A stretch of 63,356 nt of DNA, counting the filler. It is 5 parts of 5 records of this genome, joined end to end, with 100 filler letters (N's around TTAATTAATTAA, not from the genome) between each part and the next. Parts side by side here need not be neighbours in the genome. Positions count along the whole stretch, not along the records: positions 25,556 to 41,988 come from SRR31156797_1998; 4 more parts are not named here. One strand, given 5' to 3'. The translations under genes and the position numbers were made by a program. Every line of letters starts with the position of its first letter. Positions within the stretch are counted from its first letter, which is position 1. Positions 27,163 through 39,202 of this stretch are shown piece by piece. A model generated the notes under the pieces. It was not told where the DNA came from, did not search any database, and saw only the letters and a program-made list of their open reading frames with translations.

Positions 27163-30141
27163 ATGAAGAACTTTATTTTAATTCTTTTGATTGCTTTTAT
27201 TCCAACAACTGTCTTTGCCAGTCCTGGAATAGAATCACTACCTCGAAAAGTCAACCCAACTGATTTAAGTCGCCTATTTCTTCTAGCCGAATCATATTTT
27301 TACCAAAATGATTCTAAAGCTTTAGAAACCGCAAATCTTGTAAGCGAAAAAGCTCTTGAATTTGAACAAATGGATAAACATGCTGCTTCGAGTGAACTAA
27401 TGGGTCGCATTTATTTGTTCACAGGAGAAATGCAAAAAGCACAAGAATGCTTCGAAACTTCATTCTCCTATTGGGAAAGTGTACAAGACACAACTCGCAT
27501 GAGTCATCTATATGGTTATTTTGGAGAATTAAATTATCTACGATGTAATTATGCAATAGCGAATGGCTTTTATAAAAAAGGTTTGAATTACAAAAAAGCA
27601 GTAAGCGATAGTTTGAGCTATGCATATAGTTACAATGCTTTAGGAAACATTCAGTATCAAACATGTCACTATACCGAAGCTCTTTCACTTTACTTTAAAT
27701 CTTTACAGTTAAACAAAAAACACAACAATACTGTTGGAATTTGCTATTCTCTTAATGCTTTAGGAAGCACCTATGCAGAAATCAATGATAACAAATCTGC
27801 GATTAAATATTTTGAAGAAGCTTTAGCAATTGGTGAGAGTAATAATCTAAAAAAAAATATTGCGTACAGTTTGAACCAATTGGCGAGTGTTAAGAATAAC
27901 TTAGGCAATCGAAATTCAGCAATTGAACTGTACAATAAATCCCTTTTAATAAGTAAGGAGTTAGGATCAAAAAATGGTATTGCTCGTTCATACAGAGGAA
28001 TGGGAGAAGTCTTCCAATCCATGGCTCAGAATGATAAAGCCATTGAATATCAGCACAAAGCACTGAAACTATTTGAAGAAATCGAATCGAAAAAAAATAT
28101 TGCCCAATGCTATGAGAATCTGGGTTTAATATTGTATTCGATGAAAGATTATCCATTAGCTCGAGAAAATTATTCCAAAGCTAAAGAAATTTATGATGAA
28201 ATAGGTTTTGTAAAAGGAATTGCTGATGTTACCCGAAAAGTTGGCAATACATTTTTACAAGAAAAAAAATATGTGCTCGCACTAAATGAATATGAACATT
28301 CATTGAAAATTCAGAAATCAATTGGCAATTTAAAAGGAATAGCTTCATGCTATACCAATATGGGATTGATTTTCGTAAAACAAGAAAATTTATCTAAAGC
28401 TGAAGATTTATTCACAAAATCGGTTAGTATCAATCGGCAAATAGGAAATTTAGGCGGAATTGGATCTGCTTACAACAACCTTGCTTCTTTACACTTAGCC
28501 AAAAATGAAACCTCACAAGCCATACACTATTTGCAGAATAGTTTAGATCTAGCAACAAAGATTAATAGAAAAACTTTAATGGCTGAAAATTTCCGAAACT
28601 TATCTGATATTTATACAGATATAGGAGATCATCAAAAATCATTAAATTGTTACAAAAAATATGTTGAACTCTACAACCAACTGTATAATGCACAAGCAGA
28701 AAACAGAATTGGCTGGATTCAAATGCAAAACGAAAGAGATAAGAGAGAAAATCTGGTTCGATTGCATGCGAAAGAACAATTTCTTAAAGAAGAAAAATTA
28801 AAAAAGGAACGACTTAACAATACATTTTTAATTCTAATTGTTGGGTTGATAATTGCATTCTCGGGAATTATTTACAGGTTTTTACATGCAGTTAAAAAAG
28901 CCAATGGAAAACTTAGTCTAGAGGTTGAGGAAAGACGAAAAGCTGAATCTCTTTTGGAGGATCATCAAAGAAATTTGGAGAGTCTTGTCAAAATAAGAAC
29001 TTTAGAACTACTAAAAGCAAAAGAAAAGGCAGAACAAGCAGATAGGTTAAAAACTTCATTCCTGGCAAATATGTCACATGAAATCAGAACACCTATGAAT
29101 GCAATTATTGGCTTTTCAAAATTAATGTCTCTAACAAACTCGAAAGCAAAACACGAATATTATACTAATATCATTAACGATAACGGTCATTTATTACTGA
29201 CTTTAGTTAATGATATTATTGATATCTCAATGATAGAATCGAAGCAAATTAAAATTAAAAAATCGAATTTCTTTGTTTTCCCAATAATGGAAGAGTTGCA
29301 ATCTGTCTTTGAAGAACAGAAAGAAAAAGCTGGAAAAAAGAATTTAAAAATCAATCTACATATTCCTATGAACATTAAGGATATTTCTATGCATTCGGAT
29401 CAAATTCGTTTGAAACAGATCCTTAATAACCTAATGCGAAATTCACTGAAATTTACTGAATCTGGACAAATTGATTTTGGAATTGAAACAATTAACGATA
29501 AACTTCGCTTCTTTGTAAAAGACACAGGCATAGGAATTCCTCACAATGAACAAACTCATATTTATGAGCGTTTTAGGCAAGCTAGTAACAATAAAGTAGA
29601 ACATGGAGGAACAGGTCTGGGATTAACAATTTCTAAAAGTTTAACCGAACTTCTAGATGGAAAAATTTGGTTTGTTTCCGAACCACAAAAAGGAAGTAAG
29701 TTCTTTATTGATTTTATAATTGACGATCAAACTATATTGCAAGTAAAATCAGATTACAAATCAAATGAATATCACGATTTTTCTGGTAAAAACATACTGG
29801 TTGCTGAAGATGTAGAATCGAATTTTCTCTACATAAATGAAGTCTTAAAAAAGGTAAATGCAAATGTTACCTGGTCTCAAGATGGTATTGAAACTGTCAA
29901 AAAATTTCAAGATGATCATTACGATTTGGTTTTAATGGATATCCAAATGCCTAGAATAAATGGTTATCAAGCTACACGAGAAATTAAAAAACAAAATCCA
30001 ACTGTTCCCATTGTGGCTCAATCAGCATATGTTTTCAAAGATGAAAGTTCAAAAATGACCGAAGCTGGCTGCGATGCATTTATAGCCAAACCATATACTG
30101 AAGAAGAACTTTTGGCTATCATTTATAAAAATATGAGTTAA
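27163..30141 (+). CDS. TPR-sensor hybrid histidine kinase
   Basis: Signal peptide, many TPRs, TM helix, [14 protein letters not shown], HATPase GGTGLGL, receiver LMDIQMP. Confidence 0.93.
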   Translation: MKNFILILLIAFIPTTVFASPGIESLPRKVNPTDLSRLFLLAESYFYQNDSKALETANLVSEKALEFEQMDKHAASSELMGRIYLFTGEMQKAQECFETSFSYWESVQDTTRMSHLYGYFGELNYLRCNYAIANGFYKKGLNYKKAVSDSLSYAYSYNALGNIQYQTCHYTEALSLYFKSLQLNKKHNNTVGICYSLNALGSTYAEINDNKSAIKYFEEALAIGESNNLKKNIAYSLNQLASVKNNLGNRNSAIELYNKSLLISKELGSKNGIARSYRGMGEVFQSMAQNDKAIEYQHKALKLFEEIESKKNIAQCYENLGLILYSMKDYPLARENYSKAKEIYDEIGFVKGIADVTRKVGNTFLQEKKYVLALNEYEHSLKIQKSIGNLKGIASCYTNMGLIFVKQENLSKAEDLFTKSVSINRQIGNLGGIGSAYNNLASLHLAKNETSQAIHYLQNSLDLATKINRKTLMAENFRNLSDIYTDIGDHQKSLNCYKKYVELYNQLYNAQAENRIGWIQMQNERDKRENLVRLHAKEQFLKEEKLKKERLNNTFLILIVGLIIAFSGIIYRFLHAVKKANGKLSLEVEERRKAESLLEDHQRNLESLVKIRTLELLKAKEKAEQADRLKTSFLANMSHEIRTPMNAIIGFSKLMSLTNSKAKHEYYTNIINDNGHLLLTLVNDIIDISMIESKQIKIKKSNFFVFPIMEELQSVFEEQKEKAGKKNLKINLHIPMNIKDISMHSDQIRLKQILNNLMRNSLKFTESGQIDFGIETINDKLRFFVKDTGIGIPHNEQTHIYERFRQASNNKVEHGGTGLGLTISKSLTELLDGKIWFVSEPQKGSKFFIDFIIDDQTILQVKSDYKSNEYHDFSGKNILVAEDVESNFLYINEVLKKVNANVTWSQDGIETVKKFQDDHYDLVLMDIQMPRINGYQATREIKKQNPTVPIVAQSAYVFKDESSKMTEAGCDAFIAKPYTEEELLAIIYKNMS

Positions 30142-30225
30142 TATTTATTTACAATTTATTATACATTTATGGTGCTATTCAGTTAATGAATTAGCACCTT
30201 TTTTTTAACAACAAAACTCAAACAC

Positions 30226-31203
30226 ATGAAACCTACTCTCCTTTTATTACTAATCAGTCTGTTTATTGTATCAAGCTCATGCAAAGAAGAAAAGTTAGAA
30301 TATGCTCTTGCTATACATGGTGGAGCAGGAACTATTTTAAAGAAGAACATGTCTCCCGAGAAAGAAAAAAAGTATTTAAACGTTCTTGACAGAGCACTAA
30401 CAGTAGGAGATTCAATCCTTAAAAATGGAGGCAATTCTCTTGATGCCGTAGAGCAAACCATTCATATTCTGGAAGATTCACCCTTGTTTAATGCAGGAAA
30501 GGGAGCTGTATTTACAAACGCTGGAACAAATGCTCTCGATGCATCAATTATGTGGGGAAAAGATTTAAATGCAGGTGCAGTAGCCGGAGTTGGTGATATT
30601 AAAAACCCAATAAGCGCAGCAAGAAAAGTTATGGAAGAATCGGAACATGTTATGCTTAGTGGCGCCGGAGCCTCCCAGTTTGCCGCTCTTCAAAATCTTG
30701 AAATGGTTGATAGCTTGTATTTTTTTACAGAAAAACGTTGGAACTATCTGCAGAAAATTCTTAAAAAAGAACAAGAGATGAAAAAGGATGACAGACATGG
30801 CACTGTTGGATGTGTTGCTCTCGATAAGAATGGCAATTTAACCGCTGGAACATCAACAGGAGGAATGACAAACAAACGTTTTGGAAGAATTGGTGATTCT
30901 CCTGTTATAGGAGCTGGAACTTATGCAAATAATTCAACTTGTGCAGTATCCTGTACGGGACATGGAGAATATTTTATAAGGCTTGGTGTTGCGAAAGATA
31001 TTTCATCTTTAATGGAATATCAGAAAATAAATTTAGATAACGCTACAGATATTGTTATTAACAAATTAAATAAAATTGGCGGTACTGGTGGTTTTGTGGC
31101 TGTTGATCGGTTGGGTAATATTTCCATGAAAATGAATACATCTGGAATGTACCGAGGATTTGTAAATTCAAATGGAGAAAAAGAAAAATTTATCTATCAA
31201 TAG
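30226..31203 (+). CDS. iaaA: Isoaspartyl peptidase/L-asparaginase (Ntn hydrolase), probable lipoprotein
   Basis: AIHGGAG, HGTVGCVA nucleophile Thr, TSTGG, GRIGDSP. Confidence 0.93.
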   Translation: MKPTLLLLLISLFIVSSSCKEEKLEYALAIHGGAGTILKKNMSPEKEKKYLNVLDRALTVGDSILKNGGNSLDAVEQTIHILEDSPLFNAGKGAVFTNAGTNALDASIMWGKDLNAGAVAGVGDIKNPISAARKVMEESEHVMLSGAGASQFAALQNLEMVDSLYFFTEKRWNYLQKILKKEQEMKKDDRHGTVGCVALDKNGNLTAGTSTGGMTNKRFGRIGDSPVIGAGTYANNSTCAVSCTGHGEYFIRLGVAKDISSLMEYQKINLDNATDIVINKLNKIGGTGGFVAVDRLGNISMKMNTSGMYRGFVNSNGEKEKFIYQ

Positions 31204-31282
31204 AAATAAAATATTTTGATGAACCATTTTTTCGGATTAATTTAAACGTACAATTCAAAAATCACCTTAAAACCTACTTGAT

Positions 31283-31624
31283 ATGAATATCAATTTAAAC
31301 GGAAAATGGAAAAACCAATACAACTCTGAAATGGATTTGGCAGTTGTAGATAATAGGGTTAGTGGTACTTTTCAAACAGCAATAGGTCAGCCTATGTTTG
31401 ATGAAAAGTTTGAGATCTCCGGAAAAATCAACAACAATGTAATTGCATTTATGGTTGATTTTGGAAAATATGGTTCTATAGCTTGCTGGACTGGTAGATT
31501 TGAAATTGACGAAATTGGTCCTGTTATTCACACCATGTGGCATTTATCACAAAGTGAAGGTGGCGAGGAAGAACAAATGGCAAAAGCAATCCTAACTGGG
31601 GTTGGAACTTTTAGAAAGCCTTAA
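31283..31624 (+). CDS. Avidin/streptavidin-family protein
   Basis: GKWKNQYNS, SGTFQTAIG, SIACWTG, TMWHL, ILTGVGTF align colinearly with streptavidin strands. Confidence 0.85.
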   Translation: MNINLNGKWKNQYNSEMDLAVVDNRVSGTFQTAIGQPMFDEKFEISGKINNNVIAFMVDFGKYGSIACWTGRFEIDEIGPVIHTMWHLSQSEGGEEEQMAKAILTGVGTFRKP

Positions 31625-31630
31625 TTCAAT

Positions 31631-31661
31631 AAAAAGGAGCATGAAATCATGCTCCTTTTTT
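31631..31661. terminator. Bidirectional terminator
   Basis: AAAAAGGAGCATGA-AA-TCATGCTCCTTTTT between convergent genes. Confidence 0.88.
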
Positions 31662-31667
31662 GTTGTA

Positions 31668-31961
31668 TTATTTTACCGGAATATCCAGTTGGTCAATTTT
31701 ACCTAACAGATCGTGAGTTGAATTTAACAAATCATCGTAAATCAATTTAAAATGAGCTTTTACTTCCTTAGCATTTTTAGCATTTACATTTTGATTGATA
31801 CGCGATATATAATTATTTCTAGAAACAACAGCTTCATTCAGAATCTCAAAAACTGATTCAGAATTTTTCTTACCAAAAAATTCCAAATGAATCATTCCTC
31901 TCATAAGTATCTCGTTGGTAAGGAAGTTAACATCTTTTTTAAACTCTCTTTTACTTGCCAT
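31668..31961 (-). CDS. Small helical hypothetical protein
   Basis: 97-aa ORF MASKREFKKDVN, resembles small Bacteroidales proteins. Confidence 0.75.
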   Translation of the reverse strand: MASKREFKKDVNFLTNEILMRGMIHLEFFGKKNSESVFEILNEAVVSRNNYISRINQNVNAKNAKEVKAHFKLIYDDLLNSTHDLLGKIDQLDIPVK

Positions 31962-32118
31962 AAACTGTATTTTAATTGTTGATAAAAGCTAAAATACAAA
32001 TAATGATACGAAAAATAAGATTTACGGCATATTATTATTTCCTCTCCTCAATCTTGTAAAAGGAGCATAAAAGCACTTAATTTGCAATAATACCAACCTG
32101 AATTGAGGCGACTGCGAT

Positions 32119-32934
32119 ATGAGTGAATGTTATCGATATCTTTTTTTACACAACGAGAAATTAAAATCAACTGAGCTTTTTAAGGACAGTTACCTTCAAA
32201 GTGGACTTTCGTTATATGAAGTTGTAAGAGTGGTATCAGGTAAAGCAATTTTTCTGACTGAACACTACTCTCGTTTATGCAATTCGGCTAAAAAAATTGA
32301 GACTGAGATTTGGTATAATTTTGAGCAAATAAAAAGTGCCATACAATCACTTGTTACCAAAAACGACATTACTGAAGGTAATATTAAGTTGATTTTCAAC
32401 ATCAAAAAAGAATCACGAAATTTTTACGCTTACTTTGTAAAGCATTCATACCCCACGAAATTTCAATACGAAAATGGGGTAAGAACTTTTATTCATCAAG
32501 CGGAAAGACCAACTCCAACTGCAAAAATATATAATCATAAACTAAGGTCTAAAACAAATAATATAATTGAAGAAGCTAATATTTTCGAAGTCATATTACT
32601 AAACTCGTTAGGATATGTAACTGAAGGCAGTAAATCCAATTTATTTTTTATTAAAGAAAATACGATTTACACAGCTCCCGACAATGAAGTTTTACATGGC
32701 ATTGTGAGAGGAAAAGTTATACAAATAGCCCAAAAATTAGGAATTCCTGTTGTTAAAACTTCAATTTCCTATGATGATTTACCAACATATGAAGCTTGCT
32801 TTTTAAGCGGAACATCTCCAATGATACTTCCGATAAATAGAATCAATTCGCTAAGTTTCTCCTGCAATCATCCTGTATTAAAACAAATTTTATTTGAATA
32901 TCAGCAATTGGTACAAACCAATTTGAATCAATAA
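32119..32934 (+). CDS. Class IV PLP-dependent aminotransferase/ADC lyase-like protein
   Basis: LYEVVRV, HYSRL, TAK lysine, VTEGSKSNLF, LHGIVR. Confidence 0.88.
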   Translation: MSECYRYLFLHNEKLKSTELFKDSYLQSGLSLYEVVRVVSGKAIFLTEHYSRLCNSAKKIETEIWYNFEQIKSAIQSLVTKNDITEGNIKLIFNIKKESRNFYAYFVKHSYPTKFQYENGVRTFIHQAERPTPTAKIYNHKLRSKTNNIIEEANIFEVILLNSLGYVTEGSKSNLFFIKENTIYTAPDNEVLHGIVRGKVIQIAQKLGIPVVKTSISYDDLPTYEACFLSGTSPMILPINRINSLSFSCNHPVLKQILFEYQQLVQTNLNQ

Positions 32935-35900
32935 TTCTTTGGGAAACCAATCTCGGTAATTGTTTTATTATTGTTTTTGGAGTCAACAGTTTTTTTGATT
33001 GAATAATGATAAGTTCTGCCATTTGAAATTACTTTATTCAGTAATTTCATTCTATCCTGTGTAATTTGAAGAGAATCATTGCCAATTCTTACACTTTCTT
33101 CTCTCCTATTATTAGTTAATGTTCTATCATTATAACCATTATCAGTAATTACACACCTTACATAACCATCTTCTTCCTGTCTAAAATTCAAACTTAATTT
33201 CCCTTCACAGTCAACTCCTCTTAATCCAGTTCTAATAATATTTTCCAAAAATGGCTGAATAATCATTGGCGGCAATTTCACTTTAAGAGGATTTATAGTA
33301 GGATCCATTTCGATTTGAAAAGTAAACTTATCAGAAAAGCGCATCTGCTCTAACTTAAGGTATAATTTCAAATAGGATAATTCATCTGATAATTGAATAA
33401 AATTCTCATTGGCATTTTTGATATTCTTCCTTAAAACCATCGAAAAGTCAGATAAATATTCCAATGCCAAATCTTCTTCATTATCCAAAATATAACTTTG
33501 AATCGAATTCAAAGAATTAAATATAAAATGAGGATCCAATTGATACTGTAAAGCTTTAATTTTTAATCCAATTACACGATTAAATTGTTTTGTCCTATTC
33601 TTTTCTTCTTTCCTAATTCTCTTTTTATAAAACTTAAGAATAAAAAACATTAAACTAAAGAACGACAGCACCACAACGGTAATAAACCAAATTGTTCTCC
33701 ACCAAGCTTTTTCTATTACAATATTAATATTATAATTTGCAATATTTCCAGTACTTAAACATTTTCCTTCAAATTCAAATCTATACTCTCCACCTTGTAA
33801 ATTTGTGTATACAGCTTCTGTAGAATTTTTCCACTCGGTCCAGTCTTGATTAAAACCTATTAATCGATATCGAAATAAAGTATTGTTCGGGTTTTCACAA
33901 TAAAAATATCCAAGCTCAAAAGTTAAGTTATCCTGCTTATACGATAGAACAATTGGATCTTTCAAACTTTTTCGCCATTTATCTCTATTGCTAAAGTCGG
34001 TATGCCAATCCTTGTTATGAACCAGCAAGTTCATTAATGCCATCTCGCAATTTCCATCTTCCTTAACAGAACAATCTGTTTCTATCTTAACCAATTCGTC
34101 CGTTGTGTTTACCCAAATATTCCCATCCAAGTCAACTAACGATTCCTTTCCACTGTTCTTAAAATTGGCATCTTTTAAATTCCAAAAACGATTCTCAATC
34201 CTTGAATTTTGGGACCATGAAGAGTATTTAAAACGGTGAACGCCTAAATTTGTCCCACACCAAAGAGATCCATCATTTAAAAATTGAAAACCATGAACTG
34301 ACGTACCTCTCAAACCATCCTCTTTGGTAATGGAATCCTTAATTATCAATTCGTTTTTAGTACACTCAAGTTTATAAATAATTCCATTATTTCCACCAGC
34401 AATAATTGATGAATCAGGCAATATCAAAAGATCATTAACTACATTATGAATTCCAGAATTGCTGCGATTATAATTGTAAAACTTACCATTTGAATCAAAT
34501 CTAAAAATCCCTTTACTTCGCGTTGATATCCACACTTCACCATTACTCTCAACCATTTTGCTAATTTCAAGTTCTTTTGCCAACAAACTGTTCAATAAAT
34601 AATCATTAACATGCTCACCCTTGCTATTAAATATGACTATTTTTTTATCCAATGCACAGAATAATCTCCCATCACTTAATATTATAAAATCATTAGCAGT
34701 AGCAATTCCTTTATATTTTAATTTTCCTAAACTAAAATCGTATGTATAAAAGCCATAGTTACTAGCAATCCAAATCAAACCATTTCTATCCAACTCTAAA
34801 TCATAGATTTGAAGATCTAACTTGCAATTTTCCTTTCCGGATAATTTACAGAAATCAATTTTGGAAGCGACCTGCTCCACTTTTCCGCTTTTTATTTTTT
34901 TCAAATATTGCTCCGAAGCAACAATAATATCACCTTCCAGTAATATTGCAATATCAGAAATGGTATTTGGCTTAATATCAAGCTCATGAGAGTCAATATA
35001 TGAGAATCTTGAATTTTTAATACAAATTAGACCTTTACCTTTGGTACCCAGCCACAACTCTTTACTACTTTCTCTTTGGTACAGACATTGAATAAAAGAA
35101 TTATTCAAATTGTATTGATCAGATAAATCAGAAACAATCCCCTTTTCGAGTAGAATAAGCTTTCTATACTCCTTACCCTTATTAAAATAGCGAAGTAATA
35201 AATATGTTTTATTATCCGTTTTTATTCTTTGTAGTATTTCACACCTCTGTTTGATTTTATTAAAAATCAGTTCAACCAATAAATCACTTGTTTCCAATGA
35301 TTTTAAATCAGTCCGAACAATTATTTCAGGGGAGTGATCTAAGTTAGTACCTGTAAATTTATTTTTATCGAAATCAAAAATCTGGTAAGAATCATTTTTT
35401 TTCGAATGTATAGCTAATGAATTTTTATTTACAGATAGTTTTAAAACATTAGTGTTATTTAGTTTTCGAGAATCTTTTATACTCTTGAAATCGTTTGTGT
35501 AAGTAGTAAAATACAATCCATTAGAGGTACCTAAGCATAAACTGGTATCTCTCAATACAAAATAATGTATATCAAGAAAATCATCGTTCAATTGATCATT
35601 CACAGTCTTTACTTTTTCACCATCAAACTCACACAAGCCAACTCCTGTGACTGCAAACAATAGATTGCCATTTTTCTTTTCTTGAATACAATTTACTTGT
35701 TCTCCATTTAAAATAGATAATTCGGATCTAAATTTAACTTTTGCACCAGTAAATTCACAAACACCAGCATCTGTAGCCAACCAAACAATTCCTCTGGAAT
35801 CTTCATAAATATCTTTAATATTATTTCCAGGCAAGCCATCGCGCATGCTAAATTCATTTTTTGAACTTAAACCAGCATAGCCAGCGAAACTCAAAACTGA

Positions 35901-35942
35901 AAACCAAATTATTAATACAAATTGCTTAAATGAGAGATTCAT
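32928..35942 (-). CDS. LytS-type sensor kinase with beta-propeller and Y_Y_Y periplasmic domains
   Basis: DSRGIVWLAT-type repeats, YTNLQGGEYRF, TM helix, QLDPHFIFNSLNSI, PPMIIQPFLEN. Confidence 0.9.
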   Translation of the reverse strand: MNLSFKQFVLIIWFSVLSFAGYAGLSSKNEFSMRDGLPGNNIKDIYEDSRGIVWLATDAGVCEFTGAKVKFRSELSILNGEQVNCIQEKKNGNLLFAVTGVGLCEFDGEKVKTVNDQLNDDFLDIHYFVLRDTSLCLGTSNGLYFTTYTNDFKSIKDSRKLNNTNVLKLSVNKNSLAIHSKKNDSYQIFDFDKNKFTGTNLDHSPEIIVRTDLKSLETSDLLVELIFNKIKQRCEILQRIKTDNKTYLLLRYFNKGKEYRKLILLEKGIVSDLSDQYNLNNSFIQCLYQRESSKELWLGTKGKGLICIKNSRFSYIDSHELDIKPNTISDIAILLEGDIIVASEQYLKKIKSGKVEQVASKIDFCKLSGKENCKLDLQIYDLELDRNGLIWIASNYGFYTYDFSLGKLKYKGIATANDFIILSDGRLFCALDKKIVIFNSKGEHVNDYLLNSLLAKELEISKMVESNGEVWISTRSKGIFRFDSNGKFYNYNRSNSGIHNVVNDLLILPDSSIIAGGNNGIIYKLECTKNELIIKDSITKEDGLRGTSVHGFQFLNDGSLWCGTNLGVHRFKYSSWSQNSRIENRFWNLKDANFKNSGKESLVDLDGNIWVNTTDELVKIETDCSVKEDGNCEMALMNLLVHNKDWHTDFSNRDKWRKSLKDPIVLSYKQDNLTFELGYFYCENPNNTLFRYRLIGFNQDWTEWKNSTEAVYTNLQGGEYRFEFEGKCLSTGNIANYNINIVIEKAWWRTIWFITVVVLSFFSLMFFILKFYKKRIRKEEKNRTKQFNRVIGLKIKALQYQLDPHFIFNSLNSIQSYILDNEEDLALEYLSDFSMVLRKNIKNANENFIQLSDELSYLKLYLKLEQMRFSDKFTFQIEMDPTINPLKVKLPPMIIQPFLENIIRTGLRGVDCEGKLSLNFRQEEDGYVRCVITDNGYNDRTLTNNRREESVRIGNDSLQITQDRMKLLNKVISNGRTYHYSIKKTVDSKNNNKTITEIGFPKNY

Positions 35943-36199
35943 ACAACAAAAATAATTATTAAATCCTTATGTTATGCATGTCAAATGTGTCAAATTAAAT
36001 CACTTCCGTTCAAACCCGTAACTTAACAGGTAAAATTCCCAAGAAATCCTTCAATATATCCAACTATAATATAAAAACTGTAAACTATTTGTTTTCCATC
36101 TCGTATAGTAAGATTGTTCAACAAAAATAGGCGGAAGACTAGTAATTATAAATCCTTTAGATATTTTTGCATAGTAATTTAATATTATGATTTAGGAGT

Positions 36200-36760
36200 A
36201 TGAAGTTTACATTTGATAAAAATAATTTAGAAAAAGCCAATCAACTATTTTCAAGCAACCAAAGTTTTAACTTTACTGCATTGCCAAGGTTGAAAATGTT
36301 CTATGCTTTAAAAAAAGAATTTAAAGAAATTTCTGGCTTAGAATGGTTTTTTGAATTTGACCATGTGAATTTAGCACTTAACAGAATTATTATAGAATAC
36401 TCTCAAAACAAGAGTAAAGACTTCAATTTTTATTATGAGATCCCTTTAACATCTAAGTTTGAACTCAGAGTGTTTCTTGCCAATTCATCAGTACACTTTT
36501 TAGATATCTATAATTTTCTTTTAAAGGAAGATATAATCCATGAAAAACAATTTTCTTTAAAAGCAGAATATCATACAATTCCGCATTTTATTCTAAATGA
36601 TAACCTAAAAAAGTACAATGCTGGCGTTCTTAAACATTACCTAAATAACGAAGATTTTGACGGAGAGCAAATAGACGGTAGTATAAAGAAGGAAATAGAA
36701 CGAGGAATTCAAATTTTTAATCCTATTTTTAATCAAATCCTAAATCAATTTAATATTTGA
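36200..36760 (+). CDS. Hypothetical protein
   Basis: 186-aa ORF with AGGAG RBS, 12 nt upstream of the next kinase. Confidence 0.7.
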   Translation: MKFTFDKNNLEKANQLFSSNQSFNFTALPRLKMFYALKKEFKEISGLEWFFEFDHVNLALNRIIIEYSQNKSKDFNFYYEIPLTSKFELRVFLANSSVHFLDIYNFLLKEDIIHEKQFSLKAEYHTIPHFILNDNLKKYNAGVLKHYLNNEDFDGEQIDGSIKKEIERGIQIFNPIFNQILNQFNI

Positions 36761-36772
36761 TTTAAATTAAGT

Positions 36773-39202
36773 ATGACCCCAAGCCAATCTAAAAAAAACA
36801 TAATAAGTATCAGCAGAGCCTACTTCTTACTCTTTTTGGTTCTAACCATTGCTTTCCTAGTAGGCTTTGGAGCGATATGGATGTACAGTAAAATCTCTGA
36901 TTTCAATCAGGAATCTCAAAATCTTCGAAGTGATTTTATTGAACAACAAAAAGATATTTTGGTTCAAAAATCTGAGGAATGTATCAACTTCATAAAGTAT
37001 CAAAACACTCAAGCGGAATCAAGGTTAAAAAACAGATTGAAAAATTTTGTAGATCAATCCCATGCTGTTGCAATGCATGTTTACAAACAAAATAAAGGGA
37101 AAGTTTCTGATAAAGAAATTAAAAGGAGAATTAAAGAAGCAATAACCCCTGTACGTTTTACCGAAGGACGCGGTTATGTATTCATAAACACACTAAGTGG
37201 CAAAGGTGTATTATATCCATTTTCGAAAGAAAATGAAGGTGCAAGTTTAATTAACTTTCAGGATGTAAATAAAAACTACATTGTAAAAAATGAAGTTAAT
37301 TTAATGAAGTATAAAGATCATGCATTCACTAAGTATGAAAATAAACACTTTGTAAAGAATAAATACAACGCCTACACCAAAGTATCATATATTAAGAAGT
37401 TTGTTCCTTACAATTGGTATTTTGGTAGTTTTGCCTACTTAGATGATTTACAAGATGAAATACAAAATGAGGCATTAGTCAGAATTAACCAAATAAGTTT
37501 AGGAGAAGGGAATTACTTTTACGTCTATAAAACCGATGGGACCTGTTTACTACACCCAGATTCAACAAGTATTGGTAGAAACTATAAAGAGTATAAAAGT
37601 TCCCAACGAAAAAAAAATATTGAAAAAATGCTGGCGGCGGCTGAAGCTGAAGAATCAGGTTTTATTGAATATAAAGATCCTAAAAAAGATAACAGCAATA
37701 AAATATCATACATAACATCTGTTAAAGATTGGAATTGGATTATTGGTGCTGGAATTTACACGAGTGAAATAGATGAAAATCTAGCTATTGCAAAAGCCTC
37801 ACTTACGAGTAAAGTTAGACGTTATGGATTTCAAATTGTTGGTCTTATTATAATTGCTATTATAATTCTATACATAACTTCAAAGACCATATCTGTTAAA
37901 ATGAATAAAAATTTTGTTTCATTTAACAATTTCTTTAAAAAAGCATCCACTCAATCGTATAAAATAAATGTTGAAGAATTGCATTTTTCTGAATTTAAAG
38001 ATTTAGCCATTACGATTAATCGAATGATCGACATAAGGACACAGAAGGAAAAAGAACTTCAAGTTGCACGTGAAAAAGCAGAAGAATCAGATCGTTTAAA
38101 ATCTTCATTCCTTGCAAATATGTCGCACGAAATTCGAACTCCAATGAATGCGATAATTGGCTTTTCAGAATTACTTCAGGAAGAAGATTTACCATTTGAA
38201 ACGAGGCAGCAATTTTTTACACACATAAGAAACAGTGGAAATTCACTTCTTAATTTAATTAATGACATTATCGATTTTTCGAAAATAGAATCTGGCGAAC
38301 TAAAAATATCTCAAACATTATACAGTCTAAATCAATTGTTTGACGAACTATTCTATACTTTTGAAAAGATTAAATCGCAAAAAGGAAAAGATTATATTGA
38401 TTTAAGTTTTTCAAAAGGACTCGACGATGAAAAATCTGTCATTTACACAGATCCGCTTAGATTAAAACAAATTATAACCAATCTGGTTGAAAATGCTCTA
38501 AAATTTACCGAAAAAGGGAGTATTCATGTTTCTTATCAGCTAAGTGAAAATAAACTAATTTTTGCCGTTAAAGATACTGGTATTGGTATCACTCCTGATA
38601 AGCAAAAGATAATCTTCAGCAGATTCAGACAAGCTGATGATTCTCATGCAAGAAGATATGGAGGAACAGGTCTTGGGCTTTCAATATCTAAAAAATTAGC
38701 TGAGCTTTTAAAGGGTGAAATGTGGGTAGAATCTACTCCTGATGTTGGAAGTAGCTTTTTTGTTAGCATACCTTATTTAATAGATGATAAGATTAATTCT
38801 GTACCTGTTGAACCTATTCATAAAAATGGTTACAACAAAGATCTTACGGGGAAACGAATTCTTATTGTTGATGACTACAATGTAAACTTGACACTGATTA
38901 AACAAATGCTGCAATCAACAGGAGTTGACCTAGCTCTTGCTGACAATGGTAAAAGCGCGGTTGAATGCTGTATAAAAGATAAGTATGACCTAGTTTTATT
39001 AGATCTTCAAATGCCTGAACTAAATGGTTATGACACTCTAAAATTGATTAAAAAAGATCAACCAGAAATTAAAATTGTAGCTCAAACTGCCTATGCATTG
39101 GCAAATGAAAAGGAACAAATAATGAATTCTGGTTTTGATGGTTATATCGCCAAACCAATTATTAAACAAAAGCTACTTCGTTTAATTAACAAAATGATTT
39201 AA
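36773..39202 (+). CDS. Cache-domain hybrid histidine kinase
   Basis: Two TM helices flanking tandem Cache-like domains, [22 protein letters not shown], receiver LLDLQMP. Confidence 0.93.
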   Translation: MTPSQSKKNIISISRAYFLLFLVLTIAFLVGFGAIWMYSKISDFNQESQNLRSDFIEQQKDILVQKSEECINFIKYQNTQAESRLKNRLKNFVDQSHAVAMHVYKQNKGKVSDKEIKRRIKEAITPVRFTEGRGYVFINTLSGKGVLYPFSKENEGASLINFQDVNKNYIVKNEVNLMKYKDHAFTKYENKHFVKNKYNAYTKVSYIKKFVPYNWYFGSFAYLDDLQDEIQNEALVRINQISLGEGNYFYVYKTDGTCLLHPDSTSIGRNYKEYKSSQRKKNIEKMLAAAEAEESGFIEYKDPKKDNSNKISYITSVKDWNWIIGAGIYTSEIDENLAIAKASLTSKVRRYGFQIVGLIIIAIIILYITSKTISVKMNKNFVSFNNFFKKASTQSYKINVEELHFSEFKDLAITINRMIDIRTQKEKELQVAREKAEESDRLKSSFLANMSHEIRTPMNAIIGFSELLQEEDLPFETRQQFFTHIRNSGNSLLNLINDIIDFSKIESGELKISQTLYSLNQLFDELFYTFEKIKSQKGKDYIDLSFSKGLDDEKSVIYTDPLRLKQIITNLVENALKFTEKGSIHVSYQLSENKLIFAVKDTGIGITPDKQKIIFSRFRQADDSHARRYGGTGLGLSISKKLAELLKGEMWVESTPDVGSSFFVSIPYLIDDKINSVPVEPIHKNGYNKDLTGKRILIVDDYNVNLTLIKQMLQSTGVDLALADNGKSAVECCIKDKYDLVLLDLQMPELNGYDTLKLIKKDQPEIKIVAQTAYALANEKEQIMNSGFDGYIAKPIIKQKLLRLINKMI

